From: a virus
Taxonomy: Duplodnaviria; Caudoviricetes
Virus record (IMG/VR): IMGVR_UViG_3300039140_000101
Coordinates: 27,927 to 91,926 of that record
Strand: one strand, 5' to 3'
DNA length: 64,000 bases
Each line of letters opens with the position of its first letter. The first letter of the stretch is position 1. The notes under the pieces were generated by a model. That model was not told the origin of the DNA and ran no database searches. It was given only the letters and a program-made list of their open reading frames with translations. The translations under genes and the position numbers were made by a program. Shown in pieces: positions 38,703 through 48,591 of the stretch.

Positions 38703-39876
38703 TCCTCACCTCAATGACTAACAGGCATATCTTCTCTTTTATTGAGTGTTTCCAATTTCATTAACAGTTCGATTTCCAGAACAGGAATCCAAACCAAGGC
38801 ACATCTCCAATCCTCTTGGAATTTTCCTTCAGCATCTTTGATCGGAAAATTGAGAAACCAAAGACATCTTTTATTTGCCTCCTCATCAAAGCATTTACGA
38901 TCCAATGGACATTCCAGAATTGTCTTACTCATCATTGCTCCCTTCAGCGTCCCCAACTGGAGTTGGTTTGAAATTTCTTACTTGCCTCTCACAAAATACA
39001 TAAGGTCCGTTCAGATGATGATCTTCATCTATCCATTCTTGGCATACTCGATTATCAGTAAATTCACATCTAACAACAACTGCTAGATCAGAGTTCAAAT
39101 ATTTACACGGCATTTCGTTTTATTTTAACCTCCTTTAATTTGCAGGCTCTTGTCCGGATGTAAGTCTGGGTCATGTTATTTTTCTTCAAAGGAGTCCATG
39201 CTCCAATCAGACTGCAATGACAAATGTAGATTTTTTTATCCTCTACAATTTCCCCTTCAACCATTTGGAAATAAGCACAGTCAGGGGAGCAATATGTTTC
39301 TCCTATTGTTTTGATTCCCACAATCACCAGTTTGCGTTTCGTATCCATTGCCATATTATTTTTCTCCTATCACAGATAATGATATTAAAAATAACCTTGA
39401 TTCTGGAGTTATTTTGGATAGTCCTATGTTTTCTTTTTTAAGACCCTCCCATATATCTTCTTTCAGCTTTTCATAATTTTCTGCGATGGATAAATCCATA
39501 CTACTGCCAATTACACCATCACAGTATCCACTTTCTTTACTTTTCAATCCCTCTACTATTCCGCAGAATTGGTATACTCTCATTGGATATAAACCCCTCT
39601 TGAATAAGTTGCGATGTGAATAATGATATAAAGCAATCCGATGACTCCAACAATCCACCCTGCATAACTGATGGTATTGAATCCTTCATCGCTGGAAATC
39701 CAATCAATAAATTTTTTAATCATATCTATTTTCCTTTCATGTCATTAAATATTTTGGTTGCTGATTCAGTTGAATACTCCACTCTAAAGGTTTCTCTAAA
39801 GCAATAGATTGGTCGTAAAATTGGATATTGTTGTGCATCATTTTTTCTTCTGTGGTGTAGACCAATTTTGCTTCAT

Positions 39877-40425
39877 TCATCTTTTGCCCCCTGAGTATTT
39901 TCTTTTGCAATACTCCGCTATCAATAGCGCCTCTGCCCTGCCGTCCAACATCCTTCCTTTTGGTGTAAAGAATTCATTCTTCATTTTAGGGAACATCTGC
40001 ATGGCAATCTTTACGGCCATCTCTTTTCTTTTCTTCTGGGCAACTCCTTTTTCTTTTGCAGTCATTTTTTCTTTTTTCTCGCCTTGCTTCTTTTTCTTTA
40101 ATCCACTCAGGCCAAATTCTGTTTTCCACTTATTAGACCTTACTTCCTCAAATGGGGCGTCCAAAATATTCAAGACTGCCAGAATAGTATGGTATCCTCC
40201 ACCATAATTGAACATGGCAACAGAACTCTGACCGGGCATGGATTGAGCCTTTTCAATCATCACATAAATATCATCCTTTTTTAGGAGGTCCCAAAACAGT
40301 TTATAAAGAGCTTTTGCGTCAATTCCTTTTTCTGGTAATAAAGGCATGTCGATAATCTGAGTGCTATGTTTGTATATGAGTGCTATTGCCCCTTCTTGCC
40401 CTGGATCAATTCCTACGAATATCAT
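39877..40425 (-). CDS. RuvC-like Holliday junction resolvase
   Basis: VGIDPG..GAIA, IEK, WK, DGRAEALLIA. Confidence 0.85.
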   Translation of the reverse strand: MIFVGIDPGQEGAIALIYKHSTQIIDMPLLPEKGIDAKALYKLFWDLLKKDDIYVMIEKAQSMPGQSSVAMFNYGGGYHTILAVLNILDAPFEEVRSNKWKTEFGLSGLKKKKQGEKKEKMTAKEKGVAQKKRKEMAVKIAMQMFPKMKNEFFTPKGRMLDGRAEALLIAEYCKRKYSGGKR

Positions 40426-40823
40426 GATGCTTTTCCTTTCTTTTTGGCTCTTTCATCCACAATATAATTTGATATTGCCTTCTTACATAATTTTATTTGG
40501 TTATAAACATACTGTTTTGAACACTGGAGTTGACGAGCGATTTCATCAATGTCCATACGGCAAAAGAAAAATAATTTTATAATTTCTATTTTTTTGTTTA
40601 TGTTTAAATAATAATTAACGAGTGGTGAATCTATCCTCTCGAGATTCATGTTGATGTCTGAAAATAAAACCTCATATTTAATATAATCTTGTTTATCTTG
40701 ATTAATATATTTTTTATAACCCCAACAGAGAGTATTGTTTTTGAACGGGTCTTCTTTCCGTTTACAGGTATGGCGTCTCTTGCATAATTTAAGTTTACAA
40801 TAACCAGAAGTTTTCACTTCCAT
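40422..40823 (-). CDS. HTH (sigma-70 region 4-like) DNA-binding protein
   Basis: EIARQLQCSKQYV helix-turn-helix. Confidence 0.55.
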   Translation of the reverse strand: MEVKTSGYCKLKLCKRRHTCKRKEDPFKNNTLCWGYKKYINQDKQDYIKYEVLFSDINMNLERIDSPLVNYYLNINKKIEIIKLFFFCRMDIDEIARQLQCSKQYVYNQIKLCKKAISNYIVDERAKKKGKAS

Positions 40824-40833
40824 CTCCCTCTTT

Positions 40834-40867
40834 ATAATAGCCCACCCTTTTCAGAGTGGGCTATTAT
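40834..40867 (-). terminator. Hairpin terminator
   Basis: ATAATAGCCCAC/GTGGGCTATTAT inverted repeat after the histone-like gene. Confidence 0.6.
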
Positions 40868-40874
40868 GCGTAGA

Positions 40875-41087
40875 TTACTTGCGTGAAGTTTTGATCTCCT
40901 GTACCAGATCTCTTACTTTTTTGATGGAAACTTTAATGTCCTGCAGACCCGTTCTTACTCGGGTTCCGGCAGCATTATTTCCTTCATCAAATTTTTTCGC
41001 ATCTTCAATAATGAAACCGAGTTTTGATTGAATTTTTCCCTCAATTGAGGCCGCTACTGATTCAGGTTCTTTTGTTTTCTTTGCCAT
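40875..41087 (-). CDS. Histone H1/Hc1-like nucleoid protein
   Basis: DAKKFDEGNNAAGTRVR motif. Confidence 0.7.
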   Translation of the reverse strand: MAKKTKEPESVAASIEGKIQSKLGFIIEDAKKFDEGNNAAGTRVRTGLQDIKVSIKKVRDLVQEIKTSRK

Positions 41088-41096
41088 ATTCGCTCC

Positions 41097-41714
41097 CTAT
41101 GAAAAAATTGTTGATATCCCCGACTTGCCTTTTCTGCAAAGCCAACTTCTGTCCGCTACATCCATTAATCGTTCATCATGCGTGACCATGATAATTTGTA
41201 GACCTAAGTTTTTACTGATTTCTTTCATCATGACCGCCGCCTCTTCTGTTAGGCTTCCTGTCCATTTGAAAGGTTCATCCATGATAATAACATTTCTTGT
41301 CCGTGGATTTGTCAGGCTCCACAATACCACACGCAAGGCAAAACTTATAATATCCAATAGGCCACCACCCTGTTCATCTTTTGGGATATAAATTTCATCA
41401 GTTTCTCCATCTTTAACCATCAGGTTAATTTGAGGACGATTATTTTGTAAAATAAATTCCACAATAAACTGATAATTCCTATCAGGAAAAACTGACTGTA
41501 TCGCCGATGTAACCAATTCCTCAACAAGGATTTTAAACTGCTCCTGAGTAAGCCTAGAGGCCTCAGCGACGATATCTCTTGCCTCTATATGGTCATTGAT
41601 ATCCTCCTTTAAAATCTTTTGTCTGAGCTCATTCTTATCATATTGTTCAAGCAGTATTTTTTCTTTTGCCTCTTTTTCGGCCAGAAGGTCTTTTGCCTCT
41701 TTAAGTGTTATCAT
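41097..41714 (-). CDS. SbcC/Rad50-like ATPase, C-terminal half
   Basis: QGGG signature, IIMDEPF Walker B, VTHD. Confidence 0.8.
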   Translation of the reverse strand: MITLKEAKDLLAEKEAKEKILLEQYDKNELRQKILKEDINDHIEARDIVAEASRLTQEQFKILVEELVTSAIQSVFPDRNYQFIVEFILQNNRPQINLMVKDGETDEIYIPKDEQGGGLLDIISFALRVVLWSLTNPRTRNVIIMDEPFKWTGSLTEEAAVMMKEISKNLGLQIIMVTHDERLMDVADRSWLCRKGKSGISTIFS

Positions 41715-41953
41715 ACGTATTTACTTTCATATGTTTTGAGCATTTCTTCCATTTCGGTTTCCAATTTATCACGCTCATTTTGTTTTTTCTTTAACATTTT
41801 TTTTGCATCTTCAACAGTGCCCACATCAAATCTTTTTTTCAATTGTTCAACAAGGGTCTGATGACGGCCTTTTTCTTTATCATAGGCTCTTTGTATGGTA
41901 TCCAGTTCTTTTTTGTATCTGTCAATCTTTATCCTTACTGTTTCGTTGTTCAT
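41711..41953 (-). CDS. Coiled-coil protein (probable SbcC middle segment)
   Basis: Heptad-rich 80 aa, ATGA-coupled. Confidence 0.5.
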   Translation of the reverse strand: MNNETVRIKIDRYKKELDTIQRAYDKEKGRHQTLVEQLKKRFDVGTVEDAKKMLKKKQNERDKLETEMEEMLKTYESKYV

Positions 41954-42882
41954 AAGTCTTTTCTCTCCTCTGCCATATACGAATCAATTATCTTACGGAC
42001 ATCTTTGCTTGTTTTATTTTTAAACATAACCATTTTTAGATTTTCTGAAAAATCAATAGAACTGCCGGACGACTTTTCCCTTACTTTTTCCACAAAGGCT
42101 GCAAAATTATCTTGACGCTCCTTGCGTTGATCTATGTGTTCTCGAGACATAACTTGCTTGCCATCGGTGACAGGAATATTAACTGTTTTGATTTTATGAC
42201 TATCTGTATCATATACATAAAAGCAGGGTTGATGTGACATTATATATTCCGTTGCTTCTTTTCTTAATAGCGGACCGGTATTGCAAATAATTTGTTTATC
42301 GCCTTCTATTAAAAATTTTTCATGGATGTCCCCGCACAAAATCAAATCAAAATCCTTATTCTTTTTCATAAACCGTACCGCATCAACATGCTCAACATGG
42401 GGAGTATTCATTACACCAATAGGTGCATGAATAACCAATATATTGCACGTTTGTTTATTTCCAACTTTTGGCACATCTTCACCAAAAGATGCTCCATAAA
42501 TTAATATGGAACTATTAGAATCTCGAACGAACACGTTTGGTTCTGGACCAAGCAAAGTCAAAAGCCCACTTGAAATCAAAACACCTGTTGTTGTTTTTTG
42601 ATTTTCCATGTCGTGATAGTAACTATCATGCTGACCCTTGACACAGTATATTTTTACTTTCTGGCGTAATGGTGAGAAATAATCGGCGAGCTTTTGTAGC
42701 AATTCCCATGATCGCTTAGTGTCGGTAAAATCTCCGGCCTGTAAAATATGCCTTATATTTTCTTTTCTGGCATAGGAAAAAATGAAGTCAAGTTTTTCCC
42801 ACTGCACCTCTGTTAAATTATCCAGTCTTGCAATTGGATTGTCATTAATAAGATGAAGGTCTGACAACAAAATCATTTTCAT
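41950..42882 (-). CDS. SbcD/Mre11-like metallophosphoesterase nuclease
   Basis: SDLH, AGD, GQHD, GDIH, NTG motifs. Confidence 0.85.
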   Translation of the reverse strand: MKMILLSDLHLINDNPIARLDNLTEVQWEKLDFIFSYARKENIRHILQAGDFTDTKRSWELLQKLADYFSPLRQKVKIYCVKGQHDSYYHDMENQKTTTGVLISSGLLTLLGPEPNVFVRDSNSSILIYGASFGEDVPKVGNKQTCNILVIHAPIGVMNTPHVEHVDAVRFMKKNKDFDLILCGDIHEKFLIEGDKQIICNTGPLLRKEATEYIMSHQPCFYVYDTDSHKIKTVNIPVTDGKQVMSREHIDQRKERQDNFAAFVEKVREKSSGSSIDFSENLKMVMFKNKTSKDVRKIIDSYMAEERKDL

Positions 42883-43829
42883 ATTTCGAGTTCCTTTACA
42901 TTAAGGTCATGGTTATCAATTGGTGTTTTGCACTTATTACAGTATGGGCAAATTTTAATAGTTTTTAGGAATTCTTGATACTCTTTTCGTGCCTCGTTAT
43001 GATTATTATATTGTCTGTTCATCACATCTTCTGATTCTTCAATATTTTTTATCAGTGTTGATAATTCAGTGTTGTCAATTGATTTGATTTCGTTATTCTT
43101 TGTTTCAATTTTTTGTAGTTCCTGCTTTGCCTTTGCAGTATCAACCATTTCTTCGATTGTTCTTTGCACTGCTTGAATTTCATTAATTTGATTTTGTAAA
43201 TATCTGACATCCTCAATGGATTTTTCAAGAGTTTTATTGACTGCTTCTATTTTTTTAATATCATTTTTCATTTTGGGGATATTAACAAGTGCGTCAAGTT
43301 GATCTTGCAGTTCTGTCTGTTCCAATAACAGCATTCTTGACTGCTTATTGAGTGAATTGATTTCTGTTGTTAGGGCTGCAATAACCTTGTCAGGCTTTTC
43401 CATATTGGATATACGGTTAAATATCTTTGCAACTTCACCACCCGTTTCACAGATTAAAAAAGGCTTATCCATCTGTGTTTGTAGATTGTGCTCGGCTATA
43501 TTGGCAATGTTTGCGACGGTATCTGGCACATCAGACCCGACTGCTTCTAAGGGCACATCATTATAAAAATAGGCTGACTTTGTTTTGGATTTAACGAGTC
43601 CTATTATTTGCTTGTCATCAAATTCAATCTCAACAGAAGTCGGATCTTTAGTAAAATTGGAATGAAAGCGGAACCCTAATGGCCGATTAGTTAAAACCCA
43701 ATTGATTGCCCGAATAATATTTGTCTTGCCCGAATCAGGCAAACCAACGATGCAATTAACACCTTCACTCAATATCAATTCAGTTTTCTTGTGCGATCGG
43801 AAATTTTCAATCGTGATTTTTTTAATCAT
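42879..43829 (-). CDS. SbcC/Rad50-like ATPase, N-terminal half
   Basis: IENFRSH, GLPDSGKT Walker A, coiled coil, CPYC zinc hook. Confidence 0.85.
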   Translation of the reverse strand: MIKKITIENFRSHKKTELILSEGVNCIVGLPDSGKTNIIRAINWVLTNRPLGFRFHSNFTKDPTSVEIEFDDKQIIGLVKSKTKSAYFYNDVPLEAVGSDVPDTVANIANIAEHNLQTQMDKPFLICETGGEVAKIFNRISNMEKPDKVIAALTTEINSLNKQSRMLLLEQTELQDQLDALVNIPKMKNDIKKIEAVNKTLEKSIEDVRYLQNQINEIQAVQRTIEEMVDTAKAKQELQKIETKNNEIKSIDNTELSTLIKNIEESEDVMNRQYNNHNEARKEYQEFLKTIKICPYCNKCKTPIDNHDLNVKELEI

Positions 43830-44695
43830 TACCGTCTTCCTTTTTGCAATCCGAAAGCCTCTTTCCACTTATCAAAGTTCTTATCAATTAAGAATGAATT
43901 GAGGCCATATTTTTTAAATACATCCATAAAGTCAAGAGAGAACAATACATCCGCTATTGGTTCTTTCATTGAAATTGGTTCATCACCAGCGTAAGGCAAT
44001 GCAACAAGGTTAAATGTTTTCTTAAATATCTCTTTGCCTTCTTTACTTTCAATTTTACTTTTTGCTACTCCATCTTTTAAAACATTGTTGAGATATTTTA
44101 CGGCCGTTCCTTTCCCAATCCCAGGTATGCCCGCAACAGTATCAGAAGCGCATCCTGCATATCCTTTAACCCATGCCCAAAGTTGTGGCTCTATGCCATA
44201 TTTGGTAATAAAATCTTTTGCAGTGAAAACCTTATCATAGTCGTATGTCGAAACAGAACAATGACGGTCTTCAACTAATAATTGCAAGAGGTCATTATCT
44301 CTTGAAACAATAATATAGTGATCTGGGAATCGCATTGTGCACCATGCAATCAAATCATCGGCCTCATACCCTGATTGACGATAGTTATTTTGAAATCCTA
44401 AATCAGGTAGCACATTTTTATAAAGCTCTTTAAATTGCTGATGAGCTTTATCAATGATTTCTTTTTTCTTTGGATCTATTGGTCTTTGTTTATAGGTATC
44501 ACAATCAAGGCGTCGATATGACCTTCTTGAATCCCAACAAAATACAAATTGGTTGGTTTGGAATTTGTTGGCGAGCTGATATATTTGCTCTAAAAAGCCA
44601 TATATCACGCCAGTCGGATGTTTCTTAAAAGACAATTCCGACATGGCATAAACACTACGGTATGCAAGACCATTACAATCAATAATCAAGTGCAT
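43829..44695 (-). CDS. 5'-3' exonuclease/flap endonuclease
   Basis: IIDCN, EADD, SRDNDL.QL, GC.SD...GIPGIGKGTA. Confidence 0.9.
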   Translation of the reverse strand: MHLIIDCNGLAYRSVYAMSELSFKKHPTGVIYGFLEQIYQLANKFQTNQFVFCWDSRRSYRRLDCDTYKQRPIDPKKKEIIDKAHQQFKELYKNVLPDLGFQNNYRQSGYEADDLIAWCTMRFPDHYIIVSRDNDLLQLLVEDRHCSVSTYDYDKVFTAKDFITKYGIEPQLWAWVKGYAGCASDTVAGIPGIGKGTAVKYLNNVLKDGVAKSKIESKEGKEIFKKTFNLVALPYAGDEPISMKEPIADVLFSLDFMDVFKKYGLNSFLIDKNFDKWKEAFGLQKGRR

Positions 44696-45771
44696 TAAAA
44701 CTTCCTCTTTCGTTCAGGCACCATCGCTTCTTCAATTTCTCGCCACCTGTCTTCGCACATTTTGGATAGTTCTTCTTCAAGATCGCCATCCTCAATATAC
44801 AGTATAAGATCCTCTTTAGTTTTAAATTCATAATCGTCGAAAGTAATTTTTTTGGCCTGTGGACCCCATAAATAGTTAATCATGGACGAAATATTATCGA
44901 CTCCATAATCGAATAATATGACTGATTCTGCTTGTCTGAATGGTTTAGCAGTTTTATTTCTTTTTATCTTTGCTAACATTCTAACGCCATTTACTCTTGT
45001 TTCACCTTTGAAGGTTTTCTTGAGTTTTTCTACTTCGGCGAGCCATGGTACCTGATGGGTATAAAAATTTAAAGCATCTCCTCCAGACCGGTAATGCTTC
45101 TCACCAAATGTAACTCCTATCTTGCTTCTGGTCTGTGATATAATCAATAAAGTGATATCTTTGTTGGTCATCAAATCACAAGCATTATTGAAAAATTCTT
45201 TACTGGCATAAGCAGCTTTTTCTGTTTTATAACTTCCATCTGCCGGAGTATCTTTTAACGCTGCTTGTTTAAATCGTTCCTGACCAGCTTCGGAGTTCAT
45301 GGAATCCCAAGAATCAAGAATGATTATGATACAATCTCCTTTTTCATAATCAAGGGCAAGACGGCCAAAAAATCTGCCGAACTCTTCAATGGTAGTAATA
45401 TCATAACGCCACTCAACGGCCTCAAAGAAATCTTGCCCGTACATTTTTTCAACTGGGAAGTCCATAACACGTTCACGGTTGACATATACAATTTTTATAT
45501 TATCGACAGCGGGAAATATTTTTGATTTGATTTTCTTGATATTGCGGAAAACCCAGTGGGCGGTTTCAAGTGCTATAAGAGTTTTCCCTGATGAACCATC
45601 TCCGACAATATTAATGATTCGATTTCGTGCAAATCCACCATTGATTCCTTTTTGAGACAAGGCCAGATTTAGCATTGTAGAACCCGTACTGATAAATTCA
45701 ACCCTCTCTTTTGCTATTGGGGTAGAATTTTTTATATCTCTTTTGATTTCTTCTACTTCCTTTTTTCTCAT
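44695..45771 (-). CDS. RecA/UvsX-like recombinase
   Basis: ISTGS..LNLAL, GDGSSGKT, ILDS, SQTR.KIG, SGG.AL.FY, KRNK..PFR. Confidence 0.9.
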   Translation of the reverse strand: MRKKEVEEIKRDIKNSTPIAKERVEFISTGSTMLNLALSQKGINGGFARNRIINIVGDGSSGKTLIALETAHWVFRNIKKIKSKIFPAVDNIKIVYVNRERVMDFPVEKMYGQDFFEAVEWRYDITTIEEFGRFFGRLALDYEKGDCIIIILDSWDSMNSEAGQERFKQAALKDTPADGSYKTEKAAYASKEFFNNACDLMTNKDITLLIISQTRSKIGVTFGEKHYRSGGDALNFYTHQVPWLAEVEKLKKTFKGETRVNGVRMLAKIKRNKTAKPFRQAESVILFDYGVDNISSMINYLWGPQAKKITFDDYEFKTKEDLILYIEDGDLEEELSKMCEDRWREIEEAMVPERKRKF

Positions 45772-45788
45772 TTTATCCTCTCACAAAT

Positions 45789-45826
45789 ATTTCCCAGCGG
45801 TGATTTGGATGCCACCGCTGGGAAAT
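45789..45826 (-). terminator. Hairpin terminator after SSB
   Basis: ATTTCCCAGCGGTG/CACCGCTGGGAAAT. Confidence 0.65.
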
Positions 45827-45831
45827 GATGG

Positions 45832-47061
45832 TTATCTACGATTGCGTCTCCTTGGTGCCGGTTCCGGTTCTTCTTCTTCCGGTTCAGATTGACGGCTACG
45901 TCTTGATGGCGTTGGTTCTTCTTCTGGTTCAGGCTGGCGATTGCGTCTCCTTGGTGCCGGTTCCGGTTCTTCTTCTTCAACAGGGGCTCTTCTTCTTGGT
46001 GCTGGTTCTTCTTCTTCAACTGGTGGACGTTTACGGCTTGGAGGCTCTTCATCATTGGCTTTTGCTTTTCTTGTAGCCTTCACGCATTCTTTCCATTGGT
46101 CGCAATCTTCGCAATCGTCAGGAAATTTATTTGCATCTTTACCAAAGACATGACCGAACTCGCACTGTTCATCAGGGACATCATCAACAGGTTTCCCTCT
46201 TCTCGGTGCCGGTTCGTCATCATCGACAGGTGCTCTTCTTCTTGGCGTGGGTTCGTCATCATCGACAGGCTTCCGTTTACGGCTTGTCGGTTCTTCGCGT
46301 TTCTCACCCGCTACGGTATTGTATATTTCTTCCACTTCTTCATAAGTGGGTATCTTGATTATTTCATCAATACAGAAACACTGGTCAAGGACATCATTTT
46401 TGATTTTGAAACCTTTAGGCCGATCAAGCAACTGATGTCCATAAAAACGGGTATCATTTGCCCCTTCACCTTCACGCCTGAAATAAACCGATTTACCTTC
46501 ATCAGGATCCATAAAAGGAATGATGGGGTCGAGTTCATTTTCCATACCTTCTCGTATCGGAACACTGGCAAGTTCAAGAAGATGTTTACCCATGAACCAA
46601 TGGGATACAATAAACAATTGGACGCCCTTCTTGTCTTCGCCTTTATCCCAACAAAGGATGTTATAAATAGATTTGGGATTACGTTTGGGCATGAGTGCTT
46701 TGATTATTGCCTCATCCTCTCCATCTTTTTGCATCCGGATAATATCTTCGCAAATTGGGCACGGCTTATTATAGGTTTTATTTAAACACATGGCCTGTTG
46801 CTTTCCATCCAGACCTAAATTTGCATGGAAATAATACTCAAAGACATACTGCATGTCTCCTTTTTTTGCATTGGGGTCAAAGCGACCCGCCTCATAAGGC
46901 AAAATGTCAATGATGTGTTTACCTTCTTTACATTTCCATATTGCCTTTTTTGCATCCTCATCTTTGAAAAGTAAACCTCCTCCAAATGATTCACTGCGTT
47001 CCTGATTTTCTTTGAGACGTTTTGCTAACTGTTCCCTCATACTATTTTTTGACATCACCAT
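45832..47061 (-). CDS. gp32-like single-stranded DNA-binding protein with repetitive tail
   Basis: ILP, H..C...CPIC Zn site, DPDEG; context next to UvsX/UvsY. Confidence 0.75.
   Translation of the reverse strand: MVMSKNSMREQLAKRLKENQERSESFGGGLLFKDEDAKKAIWKCKEGKHIIDILPYEAGRFDPNAKKGDMQYVFEYYFHANLGLDGKQQAMCLNKTYNKPCPICEDIIRMQKDGEDEAIIKALMPKRNPKSIYNILCWDKGEDKKGVQLFIVSHWFMGKHLLELASVPIREGMENELDPIIPFMDPDEGKSVYFRREGEGANDTRFYGHQLLDRPKGFKIKNDVLDQCFCIDEIIKIPTYEEVEEIYNTVAGEKREEPTSRKRKPVDDDEPTPRRRAPVDDDEPAPRRGKPVDDVPDEQCEFGHVFGKDANKFPDDCEDCDQWKECVKATRKAKANDEEPPSRKRPPVEEEEPAPRRRAPVEEEEPEPAPRRRNRQPEPEEEPTPSRRSRQSEPEEEEPEPAPRRRNRR
45839..46270. repeat. Degenerate tandem repeats encoding (D/E)3-4-P-x-P-RRR
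   Basis: ~40-bp direct repeat at ~45839 and ~45938 plus shorter units. Confidence 0.8.
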
Positions 47062-47211
47062 TCTCCTTCTTTGTTTTATGCAACAGTGTTAAAAATTCGC
47101 TCTTGGCCTGAAAGTAGCTTTTAAACATACCAAAAGTCAAGAGCCTAAACAAAATATATCCTGCTATTAAAACAAAAATAGCAAGTATTGTGTATGAAAT
47201 ATATGTACCCA

Positions 47212-47655
47212 TCATTCCGCCTTTTTATTCAATTTGTCTCTTAAAGCCTTCTGTGTGTTAACAGTCGGGTCGGCATAAAGGCCATTAATAATTCCTTGCT
47301 GTAACAATTCAAGAGATGTTTTACGCTGTTGAAAAGCCCACTTGACATCCATCATGACGGCCTCTTCTTCAATGGCATTGATTAACTCTTCACTGATTTT
47401 TATATATTTTTTATCAGTGCGTATAGAAGCGTCTAGACGATTTTCAGTAATCTTTTCACTCGTTTTTTCGAGTTTTAAACGATACTGACTGTCGAGTTCC
47501 GCCCTTATAACTTTCTTTTGTTTCTCCAAGGTCAGTCTATTTGCCATTGCATGTGCTGCTTTTTCTGCCCATTTCAAATACAGGACGGGTTGGTTAATGA
47601 TTTCCTCATGTAAACGATACTGATTTATTTTGATATCATCCTTATAATCAGACAT
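47212..47655 (-). CDS. UvsY-like recombination mediator
   Basis: DIKIN..L.EE...QP.LY..W helical protein, KITE; synteny. Confidence 0.6.
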   Translation of the reverse strand: MSDYKDDIKINQYRLHEEIINQPVLYLKWAEKAAHAMANRLTLEKQKKVIRAELDSQYRLKLEKTSEKITENRLDASIRTDKKYIKISEELINAIEEEAVMMDVKWAFQQRKTSLELLQQGIINGLYADPTVNTQKALRDKLNKKAE

Positions 47656-47679
47656 ATTTCTTCCTTCCTCCTTTTCATT

Positions 47680-47693
47680 ATTATATCATATTT
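47680..47693 (-). promoter_or_regulatory. Extended -10 promoter-like motif AAATATGATATAAT
   Basis: TGnTATAAT upstream of SD of 47655 gene; near-identical copy at 59258-59271. Confidence 0.5.
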
Positions 47694-47694
47694 A

Positions 47695-48591
47695 CTATAA
47701 AACTGACTGATAGCAGGCCAAAATTAAACCTGCTCTTTTTGAATAAATAAACGACTCGGCAAAGCAACTGATAACAACAGGAGCCTGAGTATTGTTGCCA
47801 TTAAGTAACACAGATGACATGTAGCCTAGTATGGCATATCGAATTGACTCAGGCTCTTCTTTTATATCCTTGAGAATGGGTGCAATATTTACCCACTTGT
47901 CTCTTTTCAGAAGCATACGGCAAAGGTCAATAATTTTTGGATCGGTTTTACCTGTCATTAATAATTGAGATGCTTCTTCAATGTCAGAAATGTCTCTGAG
48001 CATGTCGATTGCAACTACAATTTCTCTTGGGATTCCATTACATTCATCAACAATCAGTTCTTTGATTGCTTGTGATAAATCAATTTTTTCTTCACCACAA
48101 ATCCAATCAATGAGTTCACACGATGCGTCATAGTTGAGTGGTTTTACCTCATAAGATTTGCACCGGCTTTTAATAGTTTCTGTTACCTTATTTGGATCGG
48201 TGGTACATAAGACAAAATAACATGATTTGGGTGGTTCTTCAAAAACCTTGAGTAGAGAATCCATTGCATTTGATGATAACCGGTGGCACTCATCAATGAT
48301 ATAAATTTTATTTTTTCCGGCAAGTGGTGATAAATAAGCGGTGGACTTTAAATGGCGGGCATCGTCAACAGATGTCTTATCTGCTGCATCTATTTCGTAT
48401 ATATCCATGTCGTGAATTTTAAGTTCTTTGGCAATCAAACGGGCAAGCGTTGTTTTACCACACCCCCTCATTCCATGCAACATAAAAGTTTGCGTTCGAT
48501 TTAAAACACTTTTGATATTTTTGACGAGTGTTGGGTTGCCAATGTATTCGTCAAATGTCCTTGGTCGATACTCGAGATGTAATGGTTTCAT
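47695..48591 (-). CDS. dnaX: Clamp loader, DnaX gamma/tau-like
   Basis: YRPRTF, GMRGCGKTTLAR, EIDAA, IIDECH.LS, EEPP, TIKSRC. Confidence 0.9.
   Translation of the reverse strand: MKPLHLEYRPRTFDEYIGNPTLVKNIKSVLNRTQTFMLHGMRGCGKTTLARLIAKELKIHDMDIYEIDAADKTSVDDARHLKSTAYLSPLAGKNKIYIIDECHRLSSNAMDSLLKVFEEPPKSCYFVLCTTDPNKVTETIKSRCKSYEVKPLNYDASCELIDWICGEEKIDLSQAIKELIVDECNGIPREIVVAIDMLRDISDIEEASQLLMTGKTDPKIIDLCRMLLKRDKWVNIAPILKDIKEEPESIRYAILGYMSSVLLNGNNTQAPVVISCFAESFIYSKRAGLILACYQSVL

Noticed and set aside
45839-46270. CRISPR or non-coding repeat
   Set aside because: Lies in the SSB reading frame and encodes peptide repeats.
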